Below are positions 28,574-38,441 of a stretch of DNA of 64,000 bases, in pieces. The translations under genes and the position numbers were made by a program. The notes beneath the pieces are model-generated. The model was given only the letters and a program-made list of their open reading frames with translations. It was not told the DNA's origin and searched no databases. Location of the stretch: the NCBI GenBank assembly GCA_016183365.1, contig JACPES010000002.1:93831-157830 (forward strand), read 5' to 3'. How positions within the stretch are numbered: position 1 is the stretch's first letter; each line of letters begins with the position of its first letter. The DNA is from Candidatus Collierbacteria bacterium. GTDB lineage: Bacteria; Patescibacteriota; Microgenomatia; UBA1400; JACPES01.

Positions 28574-29179
28574 ATGTTGTCAGCTAATGAATTGCGCAAC
28601 GGGACGGTATTTTCTTACGAAGAAGCGCCCTGGAAAGTCGCCAAGTTTGAGCATTCGTTCAAAGGCCGGGGGAGGGGGAAAGTCACCGTTAAAGCCAGGA
28701 ACCTTAAAACCGGTTCGTCCAGGGAAATTTCTTTCCAAAGCTCTGAAACGGTGGAAGAGGCCGATGTTCAGCGCCGCCAATTGATCTATCTTTACCGGAC
28801 CCGTGATGAGGCTGTATTCTCCCGCGAAGCCGAGTACCGGCCGGTACCCGGCCAAGCGGGATCCTCGGCAAAGCCGGGAGAGGATGAACAAATATCTATA
28901 CCGATAGAAAGAGTAGAATGGGAGATTCAATTTTTAACTAAAAGGCAAAAAGTCTGGACGCTTTTTTTTGAAGACGAACCGATCAGCATCATTTTGCCGC
29001 CGACGATAGAATTGGAAGTTAAGGAAACCGACCCGGGAGTTAAAGGCGATACTGTCAGCAATACCTTAAAACCGGCTAAGTTATCCACAGGATTGACCGT
29101 CAAAGTTCCGCTGTTTATTCACCCCGGAGAAAAAATAATAGTCGATACTGAAAATGGAGAATATCGCAGTCGAGCTTAA
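28574..29179 (+). CDS. efp: elongation factor P (with an internal insertion)
   Basis: The N-terminal KOW-like region (LRNGTVF...PWKVAKFEHSFKGRG.G.V..K.RNLKTG) is EF-P-like. At 201 aa it carries an insert relative to the canonical roughly 186 aa. Confidence 0.8.
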   Translation: MLSANELRNGTVFSYEEAPWKVAKFEHSFKGRGRGKVTVKARNLKTGSSREISFQSSETVEEADVQRRQLIYLYRTRDEAVFSREAEYRPVPGQAGSSAKPGEDEQISIPIERVEWEIQFLTKRQKVWTLFFEDEPISIILPPTIELEVKETDPGVKGDTVSNTLKPAKLSTGLTVKVPLFIHPGEKIIVDTENGEYRSRA

Positions 29180-29226
29180 ATTGTCCAGCTCTGCGGGAAA
29201 AATTGTAAATTGAAAATTACTAATCA

Positions 29227-29919
29227 GTGTCTATAACTTTGTTCGGTATATCAACTGCGTTAGGATTTTTGGTTTCCGGTTATTATCTATGGTTAAGAGC
29301 CAGAGGCGAAAATTTGCCGGAAGATGAAGTTTTCGACATTTATATTGTTTCTGCTATTTGGGCTTTGGCAGCCTCACGGGCCGTTGAAATTGCCATCAGA
29401 TTTAATGAATTCGGTTGGAATATCATCAGGTGGTTTTCGGTGTTTGCTCTGCCCGGATTAAACGGCTTGGCCGCGCTTTTAGCATTTATGGGTTTGGTTT
29501 ATTTGGCTGGAGTAAAGCGCCAATGGGAAGTCTGGAAAACCTGGGATGTTTTTTTGCCGTCTTTAATATTTTGGCAGGGGATAATCTTCTTGTTTTTTTC
29601 GCTGCCGGCTGCCGGAATATGGATTTTGGGATTTGGAGTTTTGGTTTGGATAGAAAGAGAATATAGGTTGTGGAATTGGTTTAAGGGCCATCGCAGCACC
29701 GTCAGGACCGGACTGGTTTCGGCAGTGTGGCTGGGGCTTGAGGTATTGGGAATTTCGTGGGTTGCGTTGCAAACTAAAGGTATGGTATTCTCGGGAGTGT
29801 TATCCGCTGTCGGGATTCTAACAATGATGATACTGGGGTACAAAAGATCGGGGAGAGTGCCGGAATCAGATATTAACAGCTTAAAACATCGGTTGGAATC
29901 CAGATCAAAAAGACGCTAA
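29227..29919 (+). CDS. lgt: prolipoprotein diacylglyceryl transferase-like membrane protein (short, divergent)
   Basis: The N-terminal region aligns with Lgt (ITLFGIS..GFLVSGYYLWLRARGENLPEDEVFDIYIVSAIWALAASRA), and lspA lies two genes downstream. The canonical G-R-x-G-N-F-I-N-x-E signature is not evident. Confidence 0.45.
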   Translation: MSITLFGISTALGFLVSGYYLWLRARGENLPEDEVFDIYIVSAIWALAASRAVEIAIRFNEFGWNIIRWFSVFALPGLNGLAALLAFMGLVYLAGVKRQWEVWKTWDVFLPSLIFWQGIIFLFFSLPAAGIWILGFGVLVWIEREYRLWNWFKGHRSTVRTGLVSAVWLGLEVLGISWVALQTKGMVFSGVLSAVGILTMMILGYKRSGRVPESDINSLKHRLESRSKRR

Positions 29920-29923
29920 ATTT

Positions 29924-30349
29924 ATGAAATCAATAATTCAATTTCCGGCTAAACTTCTAACCCCATTGCGGGAATATTTGCAACACCAGCAAATGAAATT
30001 AATGAAGAGTAAAAGTGAGCTGAAGCGTGAGGATCCTTTTGCCGACTCGTTGAGAGTAGACGATAACGCTGACATCGGGAAAGAAGCGGCAGAACAATTC
30101 GGACACCAAAGGAGCGAAGCATTGCGATTGGAAGTCGATAAGATGTTGATCAATATTAGAAAAACCTTGACTAAAATTAAAATCGGAAAATATGGATTGT
30201 GCGAAAAATGCGGCTATTTGATTGATACCGATAGGCTGGCAATTAACCCGACCGCTGAAATGTGTATGAATTGCCAAAAAAAGGCCGCCACTGTCCGCCG
30301 TCCGGCTACTAAAATTAAGCCTAAAAAACCCTCCGGCCAAAAATTGTGA
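29924..30349 (+). CDS. DksA/TraR-family C4 zinc-finger protein
   Basis: C-terminal CEKCGYLIDTDRLAINPTAEMCMNCQ with a preceding coiled-coil. Confidence 0.7.
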   Translation: MKSIIQFPAKLLTPLREYLQHQQMKLMKSKSELKREDPFADSLRVDDNADIGKEAAEQFGHQRSEALRLEVDKMLINIRKTLTKIKIGKYGLCEKCGYLIDTDRLAINPTAEMCMNCQKKAATVRRPATKIKPKKPSGQKL

Positions 30350-30738
30350 AGCAAAAGTTATTTATCGCGGTCTCCCTGGTTTTTGTGGATCAAATTTCAA
30401 AGTTGTTATCTTTAAAATTTTTACGGGCGGTGTCTAACAGCGGGGCAGCCTTTGGAATTGGCGAAAATATTCCGTTCTGGCTGATAATGGGAATATTTTT
30501 GGTCGTGTTTTTGTTAGCTTATCAAGACGGATTCAAACCAGGAGAGATGATTTTACTGGCCGGCGGAACCGGAAATATTTTTGACAGATTAATGTATGGG
30601 AAAATAATCGACTGGATTAAGCTTGGAAATCTGTGGTTTAATTTAGCGGATGTGTATATTACGATTGGAATTGGATGGATGATGTTGGCAATGATTAAAG
30701 AAAGAAGAAGGAAAATGACAAGATTAACATGGATATAA
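30346..30738 (+). CDS. lspA: lipoprotein signal peptidase (signal peptidase II)
   Basis: GNIFDRLMYGKIIDWIKLG..NLADVYITIG matches the LspA conserved regions. Confidence 0.8.
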   Translation: MKQKLFIAVSLVFVDQISKLLSLKFLRAVSNSGAAFGIGENIPFWLIMGIFLVVFLLAYQDGFKPGEMILLAGGTGNIFDRLMYGKIIDWIKLGNLWFNLADVYITIGIGWMMLAMIKERRRKMTRLTWI

Positions 30739-31436
30739 AAATTCTTTTTGAGGATGAATATTTAATGGTTATCGATAAACCCTCCGGGGTGGTAGTTAAT
30801 CGAGTGGAGACGATGGAGGCGAAGACGGTGGCGGATTGGTTAGAAAATAATTTTCAAAATTTGCGGGCGGGGATTGTCCACAGGCTCGACAAAGAGACGT
30901 CAGGATGTCTGATAATCGCCAAGACGCCGGAAGCGTTTACCGAACTTCAACGACAGTTTAAATCCCGGGAGGTGAAAAAAGAATATTTGGCCTTGGTTCA
31001 TGGATTAGTTGAGCCAAAAGAGGGGACGATCAAAGTCCCATTGGTCAGATCACATCACGATCGGGATAGATTTACTGTCTCGGCCGGCGGCCGGATATCA
31101 GAAACAGGTTACGAAGTTCTGCGGATATTTAAAGGCCTGGCCTTTGTCGCCAAAGGCCAGGCCTTATCTGAATTATCGCTTCTCCGGGTTTTCCCCAAAA
31201 CCGGCCGGACCCATCAAATCAGAGTTCATTTTAAGTATTTTGGCCATCCGTTAGTATCTGATGAAAAGTACGGTGGCAAAAAAGCCCCTGAAGACCGGAA
31301 ATGGTGTCCCAGAATTTTTCTCCACGCCGCCAAAATTGAGTTTTGTCATCCGGTCAAAAAAAATAAAGTTTCCGTTGTCTGCGATTTGCCGGCAGATTTA
31401 AACGGAGTTTTGAGGAATCTTAAACCTTTAACCTAA
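30729..31436 (+). CDS. RluA-family pseudouridine synthase
   Basis: Catalytic motif VHRLDKETSGCLIIAKT. Confidence 0.85.
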   Translation: MDIKILFEDEYLMVIDKPSGVVVNRVETMEAKTVADWLENNFQNLRAGIVHRLDKETSGCLIIAKTPEAFTELQRQFKSREVKKEYLALVHGLVEPKEGTIKVPLVRSHHDRDRFTVSAGGRISETGYEVLRIFKGLAFVAKGQALSELSLLRVFPKTGRTHQIRVHFKYFGHPLVSDEKYGGKKAPEDRKWCPRIFLHAAKIEFCHPVKKNKVSVVCDLPADLNGVLRNLKPLT

Positions 31437-31836
31437 AGGGCTTGATGACTTTCCGGCCGTTTTTTAAGGTGGTGGTAACGGTTAATTTGGCGTTGGTGAT
31501 GCCGGAATCATAACGGCAGACGCCGGCGGAACAGGTGCCGAAAATTACTTCGGCGGTATTGGTGTCGCCGGAGATCTTAACCGCCCCGCCGGCGTTTTGA
31601 GTAGTTCCGCGGGTATCGTAAATCAAGTCATAGCTGACACCGGAAGCGGCTGATAAATTGCCAAGATTAAGGACTACTCCTTTGCGGTCAGACCGGAATT
31701 TGACTTTAACCGTGACGTTGGAAGAAGTTGATTTAACCGCAGAGGCAGATTTAAGCGCTGGCAATTTCCGTTTGGCCTGAACTGCAGTTGGTAAAATAAA
31801 CAAAATGCCAAAAACGAAAACTGTAACAGTTGTCAT
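31420..31836 (-). CDS. hypothetical secreted protein
   Basis: Probable start MTTVTVFVFGILFILPTAVQA (signal peptide). The ORF track extends upstream through a repeat motif. Confidence 0.4.
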   Translation of the reverse strand: MTTVTVFVFGILFILPTAVQAKRKLPALKSASAVKSTSSNVTVKVKFRSDRKGVVLNLGNLSAASGVSYDLIYDTRGTTQNAGGAVKISGDTNTAEVIFGTCSAGVCRYDSGITNAKLTVTTTLKNGRKVIKPFRLKV

Positions 31837-31872
31837 TGCGAGGAGCCGCAGACGACGTGGCAATCTCGAAAC
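31832..31872. repeat. motif gtcattgcgaggag-N-gacg..tgRcaatctSgaa shared with 59585-59618
   Basis: A 14-bp exact core plus extended similarity. Both copies sit at the 5' ends of secreted/pilin-type genes, in opposite orientation relative to the gene. Confidence 0.45.
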
Positions 31873-32008
31873 CAGATTCCCAAGCTCATAGTCCTGAGCG
31901 AAGTCGAAGAGCCCCGATTTCATCGGGATTCGGAATGACGGAAGCGCGAAATTTGAATTCATTAAACTTTTCATTTGGTATTGATAATGTTATATTAGAA
32001 TTTAACTT

Positions 32009-32674
32009 ATGTCAAAAAGGGGATGGATAATTTCAGGGATAATAGTTTTGACTTCGGCAATTGGTTTTGCAGTTGCCACTTATTTTATTTCCACCGACCG
32101 TCAGGAAACTCCGTTAGTTTCGCCGGAAACCAAACCGTCTTCATTGGTTCCTTTGGCGGTACCAACCGAATCCAGCGCGTCCGAGCAAATTTATGAGGAC
32201 AGCGCCGGATTTTCCTTTAAATATCCCGGAGAGCTGGCAGTTTCCGATCAAACCCCGGATGATATCACTCACTATTCTTTGCTTTATTTGAAAAATAAAG
32301 CAGGAGAAACTACCAGAATCAGAGTTAAAGATGTAGCTTATTCCACATCAGATCAGTGGAGTACTACAGAAAAAGAAGTTCCGGCCGGATCTAAACCTGT
32401 CAAGAGTCTGATCCTATCCGGGCTCAAAGCCGATTATTACCAGACTCCGGCCAAACTTATTACCATGGCTATCAGCCAAAATATTTTATATGAGATTATC
32501 AGCCCGAATACTCCTTATTGGCAGAAAACACATTCTCCTTTAGCTTCAAGTTTTGTGGTAGGGGCCGGATCCTCTGGTGAAGCCAGATCGGGTTCCGCTG
32601 GACGCTCCGCCGGACAAAGTTCTTCCCCGACGGACAACAACACCACTTATGAAGCCGAAGAAGTAGTGGAATAA
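32009..32674 (+). CDS. hypothetical membrane-anchored extracytoplasmic protein
   Basis: N-terminal TM helix and an S/G-rich C-terminus. Confidence 0.4.
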   Translation: MSKRGWIISGIIVLTSAIGFAVATYFISTDRQETPLVSPETKPSSLVPLAVPTESSASEQIYEDSAGFSFKYPGELAVSDQTPDDITHYSLLYLKNKAGETTRIRVKDVAYSTSDQWSTTEKEVPAGSKPVKSLILSGLKADYYQTPAKLITMAISQNILYEIISPNTPYWQKTHSPLASSFVVGAGSSGEARSGSAGRSAGQSSSPTDNNTTYEAEEVVE

Positions 32675-32681
32675 TAAATAA

Positions 32682-33926
32682 ATGTCAGTTTTTTCTTTCA
32701 AAGTGGTTAAAGAGCTGGGTCAGGCCCGTTTGGGAGAGCTCCATACACCTTGCGGAACAATCGATACCCCGGCTTTTGTTCCTGTCGGGACTCAAGCTAC
32801 AGTAAAAGCGGTTTCCATCGATGATCTACAGAAATTGAAAATCCAGGTTGTTTTGGCAAATACTTATCATTTATATCTTAGGCCGGGAGTAGAAACTATA
32901 GAGTGTCTTGGTGGTCTGCATAAAATGATGAATTGGAATGGGCCGATGATGACGGATTCCGGCGGATATCAAGTATTCTCATTGGGGTGGGCGATAGAAC
33001 ATGGAGTGGGTAAAGTTGTTAACTTTTTGGCGGATGATTCCCGGGAAGAAGAGGAATTAAAACGTCAAATAACCGTTAAAACGAAGTCAATTATCCCCAG
33101 ACAGAAGTTATGTGTGGTTGATGATGAAAAAGCTACTTTTATATCTCACGTGGATGGCAGTTTGCACGTATGGACGCCAGAAAAATCAATTGAAATTCAG
33201 GGAAAACTGGGGGCCGATCTGATTTTTGCCATGGACGAGTGTACATCTCCGATACATGACAGCGACTATACAAGGAATAGCATGTATAGAACGCATCTTT
33301 GGGAAGAAAGAAGCCTTGTGAAGTTTCGTAAACTTCACAATAAGTTTCAAGAAATTTATGGGGTTGTCCAGGGCGGGCCGTTTGAAGATTTGCGGATTGA
33401 GTCGGCAAAATTCGTCGCCGATAATCACTTTTTCGGAAACGGTATTGGCGGAGCCATGGTTACAAAGTCAAAAATGTTGGAGGTTTTGGACTGGATAATG
33501 TCGATACTCCCGGCAGACAGGCCGAGTCATTTATTGGGAATTGGCGGAATAGACGATATTTTAAATACTGTCGGTTACGGAATTGATACTTATGATTGCG
33601 CTTTTCCCACCAGACTAGCCAGAAGGGGAGGGTTGTTGATGTTGCCTGAAGACGGAGGGAAATTGTTAAACAGATGGACGCTAAATGTTGTTAGAGAAGA
33701 ATTTAAGAATGACAATTCTCCTCTTAGCCAAAATTGCGAGTGTGAACTATGTTCAGGTGGATATAGCAAGGGTTATTTGCATCATTTATATTGGGCTAAA
33801 GAGCTGTTGATTTTTCGTTTAACTACCATTCACAATTTATACGTCATGGAAAAGTTGATGTCGGAAATCCGGGAAGGGATCGCGGAGAATAAATTGGAGA
33901 AAGTTAAGAGAAAATGGTTAGGATGA
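32682..33926 (+). CDS. tgt: queuine tRNA-ribosyltransferase
   Basis: TGT motifs (FMPVGT-like FVPVGTQATVK, DSGGYQVFSL, zinc site CECELC...H) with a roughly 40-aa insertion. Confidence 0.85.
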   Translation: MSVFSFKVVKELGQARLGELHTPCGTIDTPAFVPVGTQATVKAVSIDDLQKLKIQVVLANTYHLYLRPGVETIECLGGLHKMMNWNGPMMTDSGGYQVFSLGWAIEHGVGKVVNFLADDSREEEELKRQITVKTKSIIPRQKLCVVDDEKATFISHVDGSLHVWTPEKSIEIQGKLGADLIFAMDECTSPIHDSDYTRNSMYRTHLWEERSLVKFRKLHNKFQEIYGVVQGGPFEDLRIESAKFVADNHFFGNGIGGAMVTKSKMLEVLDWIMSILPADRPSHLLGIGGIDDILNTVGYGIDTYDCAFPTRLARRGGLLMLPEDGGKLLNRWTLNVVREEFKNDNSPLSQNCECELCSGGYSKGYLHHLYWAKELLIFRLTTIHNLYVMEKLMSEIREGIAENKLEKVKRKWLG

Positions 33927-34786
33927 ATCAAAAAACAAAAATAAAGGCAATTATTTTTTGGTTTTCCGCATTGCTCTTTGCTCTTTGCTCTTTGCTCTTT
34001 GCTCTCTTCTGGTTTCGCGGTTGGAATGGCAAAGAACCAATAAATGTCGTAGTAGCGTCCGGAGAAAAGATCTGGGTTTTAGGGGTAAGGGCGGCAGAGA
34101 AACGATTAGTGGAAATATCTGTTCCGGGAAATACCATCGTGACCGTGGGTAGAGGAAAGTGGCAGGCCAGATCTTTGGGGAGATTGTCCAAGTTGGAGAA
34201 GTCTCCGGATGTTTTGAAATCGGTCGGTTGGGCATTGTTGGAAGTTCCGGTTGACTCTGTGGCCGAAATTTCTGACTATGAAGGAGAAAACACTGGTTAT
34301 TTCAGTCAATTAAAATTATTAAGCAGGTTTAATTTTACGTCTTTAACGGAAACGATTAAGTTGATCCGTTTTATTAAGGGTTTAAACGATAATCAAGTTT
34401 TGAAAATAAATATCGGGGAGACAATGGTGGCCAGAATCATAACCGATCCAGCCGGAACAGAATTAATGGAAGTCGATTCTGAAGCTTTGTCTTTGCAGTT
34501 GGCTGAATGGTTTAAAATCGAATCTTTACGAAATGAAGGTTTGGCTGTGGCTATCATAAATACCAGTGGAAAAACTAATGCCGGAAGTAAATTAGCCCGC
34601 CAGTTGGAGCACGTGGGTTTACGGGTGGTGTCGGTTTCTTCCGGAGAGGGGACTCCCGGAATAACAATTAAGCAAAAATCTATAGCCAACTCTGAAACTG
34701 TCCGGAAAATATCCGGTTGGTTAAACTTAAAACCAATTGTAGCTGATTTTGACGAAAGGGCGGATATTTTGATAGTGATAAAATAG
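33914..34786 (+). CDS. membrane-anchored protein with LytR_C-like C-terminal domain (LCP-associated)
   Basis: N-terminal TM helix; C-terminal VAIINTSGKTNAGSKLARQLEHVGLRVVSV resembles LytR_C. Confidence 0.45.
   Translation: MVRMNQKTKIKAIIFWFSALLFALCSLLFALFWFRGWNGKEPINVVVASGEKIWVLGVRAAEKRLVEISVPGNTIVTVGRGKWQARSLGRLSKLEKSPDVLKSVGWALLEVPVDSVAEISDYEGENTGYFSQLKLLSRFNFTSLTETIKLIRFIKGLNDNQVLKINIGETMVARIITDPAGTELMEVDSEALSLQLAEWFKIESLRNEGLAVAIINTSGKTNAGSKLARQLEHVGLRVVSVSSGEGTPGITIKQKSIANSETVRKISGWLNLKPIVADFDERADILIVIK
33972..34006. repeat. 7-bp tandem repeat (tgctctt x4 plus a variant) inside the CDS
   Basis: ttgctctttgctctttgctctttgctctttgctctc encodes LLFALCSLLFALF in the TM segment. Confidence 0.8.
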
Positions 34787-34789
34787 TAA

Positions 34790-34929
34790 ATAGAATGCTT
34801 GAAGATAGAGGATAGATACCCTTGATCTTGAATTCTTGAAGCATTGATGTCTTGATCAAAAATTCAATAAATCAAAGATATCGAGGTCAAGAATTTCAAA
34901 AATATCCATCTTCAAGAAATCTAAACTAT
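34790..34929. repeat. intergenic element family C copy upstream of yebC
   Basis: cttgaagatagaggatagata ... catcttcaagaaatc. Confidence 0.6.
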
Positions 34930-35469
34930 ATGAGCGGACATTCAAAATGGTCCAAAATTAAGAATCAAAAGGCGACCGCTGATATTAAAAGGGGGAAGGC
35001 TTTTTCGTTGTTGGCCAGATCAATAACTCAAGCGGTCAAGGAGGGTAAATCCGGAGATCCCAATGACAATCCCAGGTTAAGGATGATATTGGAGAAAGCC
35101 AGAGACATAAATTTGCCTAAAGAAAATGTTCAACGAGCCGTAGATAGAGGTTTGGGCAAAGGCAGCAGCGGGGCGATGACGGAGGTGGTGATCGAAGGCT
35201 ACGGGCCGGCCGGCGTCGGGATTATGGTTATTGCCGTTACAGACAATCCGAATCGGACTAAATCAGAAATCAAATCTATTTTTGAAACTCATGAAGGGTC
35301 AACCGGAGAACCCGGATCGGTGGCTTACGTTTTTGTAGGGAATGACGGAGCCCCCTCCTATACTATTCTACTGTCTCCTCAAGATGAACTTAAAATCAGA
35401 TTATTATTAGATGCTTTGGATGAACAGGAAGATGTCCAAGATGTTAAACATAATGCGCAGATTCAATAA
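34930..35469 (+). CDS. yebC: YebC/PmpR-family transcriptional regulator
   Basis: MSGHSKWSKIKNQKATADIKRGK is the canonical YebC N-terminus. Confidence 0.85.
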   Translation: MSGHSKWSKIKNQKATADIKRGKAFSLLARSITQAVKEGKSGDPNDNPRLRMILEKARDINLPKENVQRAVDRGLGKGSSGAMTEVVIEGYGPAGVGIMVIAVTDNPNRTKSEIKSIFETHEGSTGEPGSVAYVFVGNDGAPSYTILLSPQDELKIRLLLDALDEQEDVQDVKHNAQIQ

Positions 35470-35481
35470 TTGTTAGATTGT

Positions 35482-35535
35482 CCTGCAGAGCAGGATCTCG
35501 CTTCGCGAGATTAGATTGTTAGATTGTTTATTTTT
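35482..35535 (+). terminator. probable intrinsic terminator after yebC (hairpins cctgcagagcagg and atctcgcttcgcgagat, then a T-run)
   Basis: Seen directly. Related gcagg/cgcttcgc hairpin words recur at 37181-37212 and 58510-58540. Confidence 0.5.
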
Positions 35536-35589
35536 AAGGTTTAACCGAAGCAATCTAGCAATTTATCAATATAGCAATTAAGTTTTTCA

Positions 35590-36354
35590 TTGTCCAAACG
35601 AAAAAAATTCGCCCTAGTTTCATTTTTATTAACATTGGGACTCATCGGACTCCAGTTTATTCCTTTGGACCGGCGATACGAGGCGATTATATTTTTTTCC
35701 GGTGTTTCAGTCCTTTTATCTGTTTGGGCTTTGTACTCCGACCTTAAAGGCATTAACTGGTTCACATTGATGATTTTGCCGGCCCTATATCCGGCTTCAG
35801 TCGGATTATTTTACTTCTTGTTGCCGGTCAATATTTTTTCGCGGTCGATTCTGTTGTCTTTGTTCGGAGTGGGGATGTACGCTTTGTTACTAACGGAAAA
35901 TATTTACGCCGTTGCGGCTAACCGAACCATCCAGTTAGTCCGGGCGGCTCACGCTGTTGGTTTTCTTTTGACGATTATAACCGCTGTTTTTTTAATCGGG
36001 ACGGTATTAGGATTAAGGTTATCATTTTGGGCTAACGGGATAATGGTAGCTGTAATTTTATGGCCTTTATTTATAAAAGGATTGTGGTCCGCGACTATTC
36101 AAAAAAGTGATCCCTCTAAAATTTGGTTGTATTCGGCGGTTTTATCGATAGTTGGGGGAGAGATAACGATGTTTATCGGGTTTCTGCCGATGACGCCTTT
36201 GGTAGCGGCCATACTGGTTTCCGGCTACTTCTACGTGACTTTGGGATTGATGCAACAAGATTTGCAAGAAAGATTATTTTCTAAAACGATTCAGGAATAT
36301 GTCTGGGTGGGGATAATCGTATTTCTAGCCGCGTTACTGGTTACATATCGTTAA
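35590..36354 (+). CDS. hypothetical polytopic membrane protein (about 8 TM)
   Basis: Hydrophobic periodicity throughout; no recognisable family. Confidence 0.4.
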   Translation: MSKRKKFALVSFLLTLGLIGLQFIPLDRRYEAIIFFSGVSVLLSVWALYSDLKGINWFTLMILPALYPASVGLFYFLLPVNIFSRSILLSLFGVGMYALLLTENIYAVAANRTIQLVRAAHAVGFLLTIITAVFLIGTVLGLRLSFWANGIMVAVILWPLFIKGLWSATIQKSDPSKIWLYSAVLSIVGGEITMFIGFLPMTPLVAAILVSGYFYVTLGLMQQDLQERLFSKTIQEYVWVGIIVFLAALLVTYR

Positions 36355-36543
36355 TAACAGAATCTAGAGTAGAGGATAGGAGGCTCATAAATCAACTTTT
36401 CACGGATATATCATTATATTTTCACAAGCTGGCAGTCGGGATGGAAAAGTGATAGTTGATATAGTTTGATAATGATATCAGGATGTGGATAACTGGTATG
36501 TAGGATGACAGAAAAAACCCGAAGAGGGATTGGGATCTTCCAA

Positions 36544-36687
36544 TTATATAGATTCCGGGTCCCTCCAGAGGCGGGCAGACGAGCCAGGAATGACAAACGG
36601 ATTCCATGTCAAGCACGGAATGACAAGAGAATATAGGTTCTGAAACTATACTTCCCCGCGATCAGAGTGGGAGACCAATCTATATAG
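36544..36687. repeat. MITE-like element bounded by inverted repeats attatatagattc / aatctatatagt
   Basis: The terminal inverted repeats lie about 130 bp apart. The interior carries ggaatgac words also seen near 28470 and 31930. Confidence 0.45.
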
Positions 36688-36989
36688 TCGCACAATATAT
36701 CTTTTACGACGTTATTCCAATATTGTCCGGAGAAGTGGCAAAGATGTCATTTTCCGCCTTTGGCGGAACTATTTATATAGATTCCGGCCTTCGCGGGAAC
36801 GATAAAATTGTTTTGTCCCCCAACAATTCTCAAGGTCAGCTAATTTTAGCCGCTCCAAAAGTTACCCGAATTTTTAAAGGTATTTATATAACCCCATCTA
36901 TTATCCCCAGAAAGCTTTCTAGGGGCATTCTACGAGGCCGGTTTTTGAAAGCCCATACCTTATAGACGATAGATGGTGGAAAATAAAAG

Positions 36990-37100
36990 GTGGTGATTGA
37001 ATATCGAAAATAGAAGATAGATAGTTTCCATTTTCTATTTTCAATCTTCTAACCCTATCTTCCATCTTTCTATCTTCTATCGTCTTAGAATTTACGAAAG
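36990..37100. repeat. hairpin-rich element (aatagaagatagatag ... ctatcttccatctttctatcttctatc), related to family C
   Basis: Direct and inverted copies of the gaagatag word. Confidence 0.5.
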
Positions 37101-37377
37101 CATTGTCGCACAATGTTGACATTAAAATAATATTCTGCTAATCTTAATTAATGTAGGTTAAGAGTTAAGTTTAAAATTGCCCTGCGGAGCAGGGTCCTGC
37201 TTCGCAGGAAAAATTTCGAATGGCTCCCCTACTCTGTCGGAGACTCCCTGTGAAACATTACGCGAAATATTTTCACACGGAGGGAAGCGTCAGGCGTATT
37301 TAATAAGTAAAATATGTATCATTAGGTTTATATATCAATATTTATTTGTTGAAGACCACCATTAGCAAGCTTGAGGC

Positions 37378-38406
37378 ATGAGTGATAATAATTTAAAAGA
37401 AATTGCTGGATTGATCAGTGATTTTTTAGAACATCTGGAAGTAGAGCGCGGTCTATCGTTATTAACTGTTAGGAACTACCGTTTTTGGTTGATGCGATTT
37501 GCTAAATGGTTATCAAATGAATTCCCGGGGAGCCGAGTGGCGGATATCGACTTGGAGAAGATCAGGAAGTTTCGTTTGTGGCTGGGAAGACAAAAAGGCC
37601 GCAGAGGTTCGCAGATGTCGTTGGTAACCCAAGGGTATCACGCCATTGCTTTAAGGAGTCTGTTGAAATGGTGTTCAAAAATGAGTATTCCGGCTCTTAG
37701 CCCGGAAAACATTGATGTTCCCAAAAGCCGTAGCCGGGAATTGTCTTTCTTACTCCCAAGTCAAGTCAGCGATTTATTAAATTCTGCCGGGTACAATTCT
37801 GCACCCGGCCGTGCCGGTCATAGTCTTATACCCGGCCGTGGGATGTACCAGACGGTACGTCCCTGTGCCGATGGAACCAAGCTTAAAGACTTGCGGGACA
37901 GAGCCCTTTTGGAAACGCTTTTTTCAACCGGCCTAAGAGTGTCGGAATTGGTTAAATTGAACCGTGACAAGATTAATCTGGACCGGGGCGAGTTTTCAGT
38001 CATCGGTAAAGGCGGCAGAGCCAGGGTGGTTTATTTGTCGAAAAGAGCCATAGAATGGATAAATAAATATTTTGACAAAAGAAAAGATCATTACCGGCCG
38101 GTATTTATCCGGGTGGGCGGTAAAAAACCGGAAGTGGTTACGCCGGATGAAGAAATGCGCCTGACTCCCCGTTCGGTCCAAAGGCTGGTGGAATATTACC
38201 GGCTTAAATCCGGAGTCCCGATTAAAATTACTCCACATGGTTTGCGTCATTCGTTCGCCACGGATTTACTCCAGGGCGGAGCGGATCTGAGGGCCGTTCA
38301 AGAATTATTAGGGCATAAAAATATTGCCACCACCCAAATTTACACTCACGTCACTAACAGGGAATTAAGAGAAGTCCACCAGCGGGCCCATAGTGGGAAC
38401 AGATAA
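37378..38406 (+). CDS. xerC: tyrosine site-specific recombinase (XerC/XerD-like) with a roughly 45-aa linker insertion
   Basis: Box I (RDRALLETLFSTGLRVSEL) and box II (HGLRHSFATDLLQGGADLRAVQELLGHKNIATTQIYTHV) supply the R...H-R-H...Y catalytic residues. Confidence 0.85.
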   Translation: MSDNNLKEIAGLISDFLEHLEVERGLSLLTVRNYRFWLMRFAKWLSNEFPGSRVADIDLEKIRKFRLWLGRQKGRRGSQMSLVTQGYHAIALRSLLKWCSKMSIPALSPENIDVPKSRSRELSFLLPSQVSDLLNSAGYNSAPGRAGHSLIPGRGMYQTVRPCADGTKLKDLRDRALLETLFSTGLRVSELVKLNRDKINLDRGEFSVIGKGGRARVVYLSKRAIEWINKYFDKRKDHYRPVFIRVGGKKPEVVTPDEEMRLTPRSVQRLVEYYRLKSGVPIKITPHGLRHSFATDLLQGGADLRAVQELLGHKNIATTQIYTHVTNRELREVHQRAHSGNR

Positions 38407-38441
38407 GAGGAAAACTTAATATGCAAAACGAAAATTATAAT

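Noticed and set aside
36723-36965. 80-aa ORF inside the 1-kb non-coding region.
   Set aside because: No RBS; it overlaps a repeat palindrome; the composition looks like translated non-coding DNA. Left as doubtful.
36355-37377. Searched by eye for tmRNA, RNase P RNA, SRP RNA and 6S hallmarks (for example GGAAAGTCCGG, the tRNA-like 3' end with the ANDENYALAA tag, AGGUCCGGAAGGAAGCAGC) here and in other intergenic gaps.
   Set aside because: None of the conserved motifs were found. Infernal is needed to be certain.
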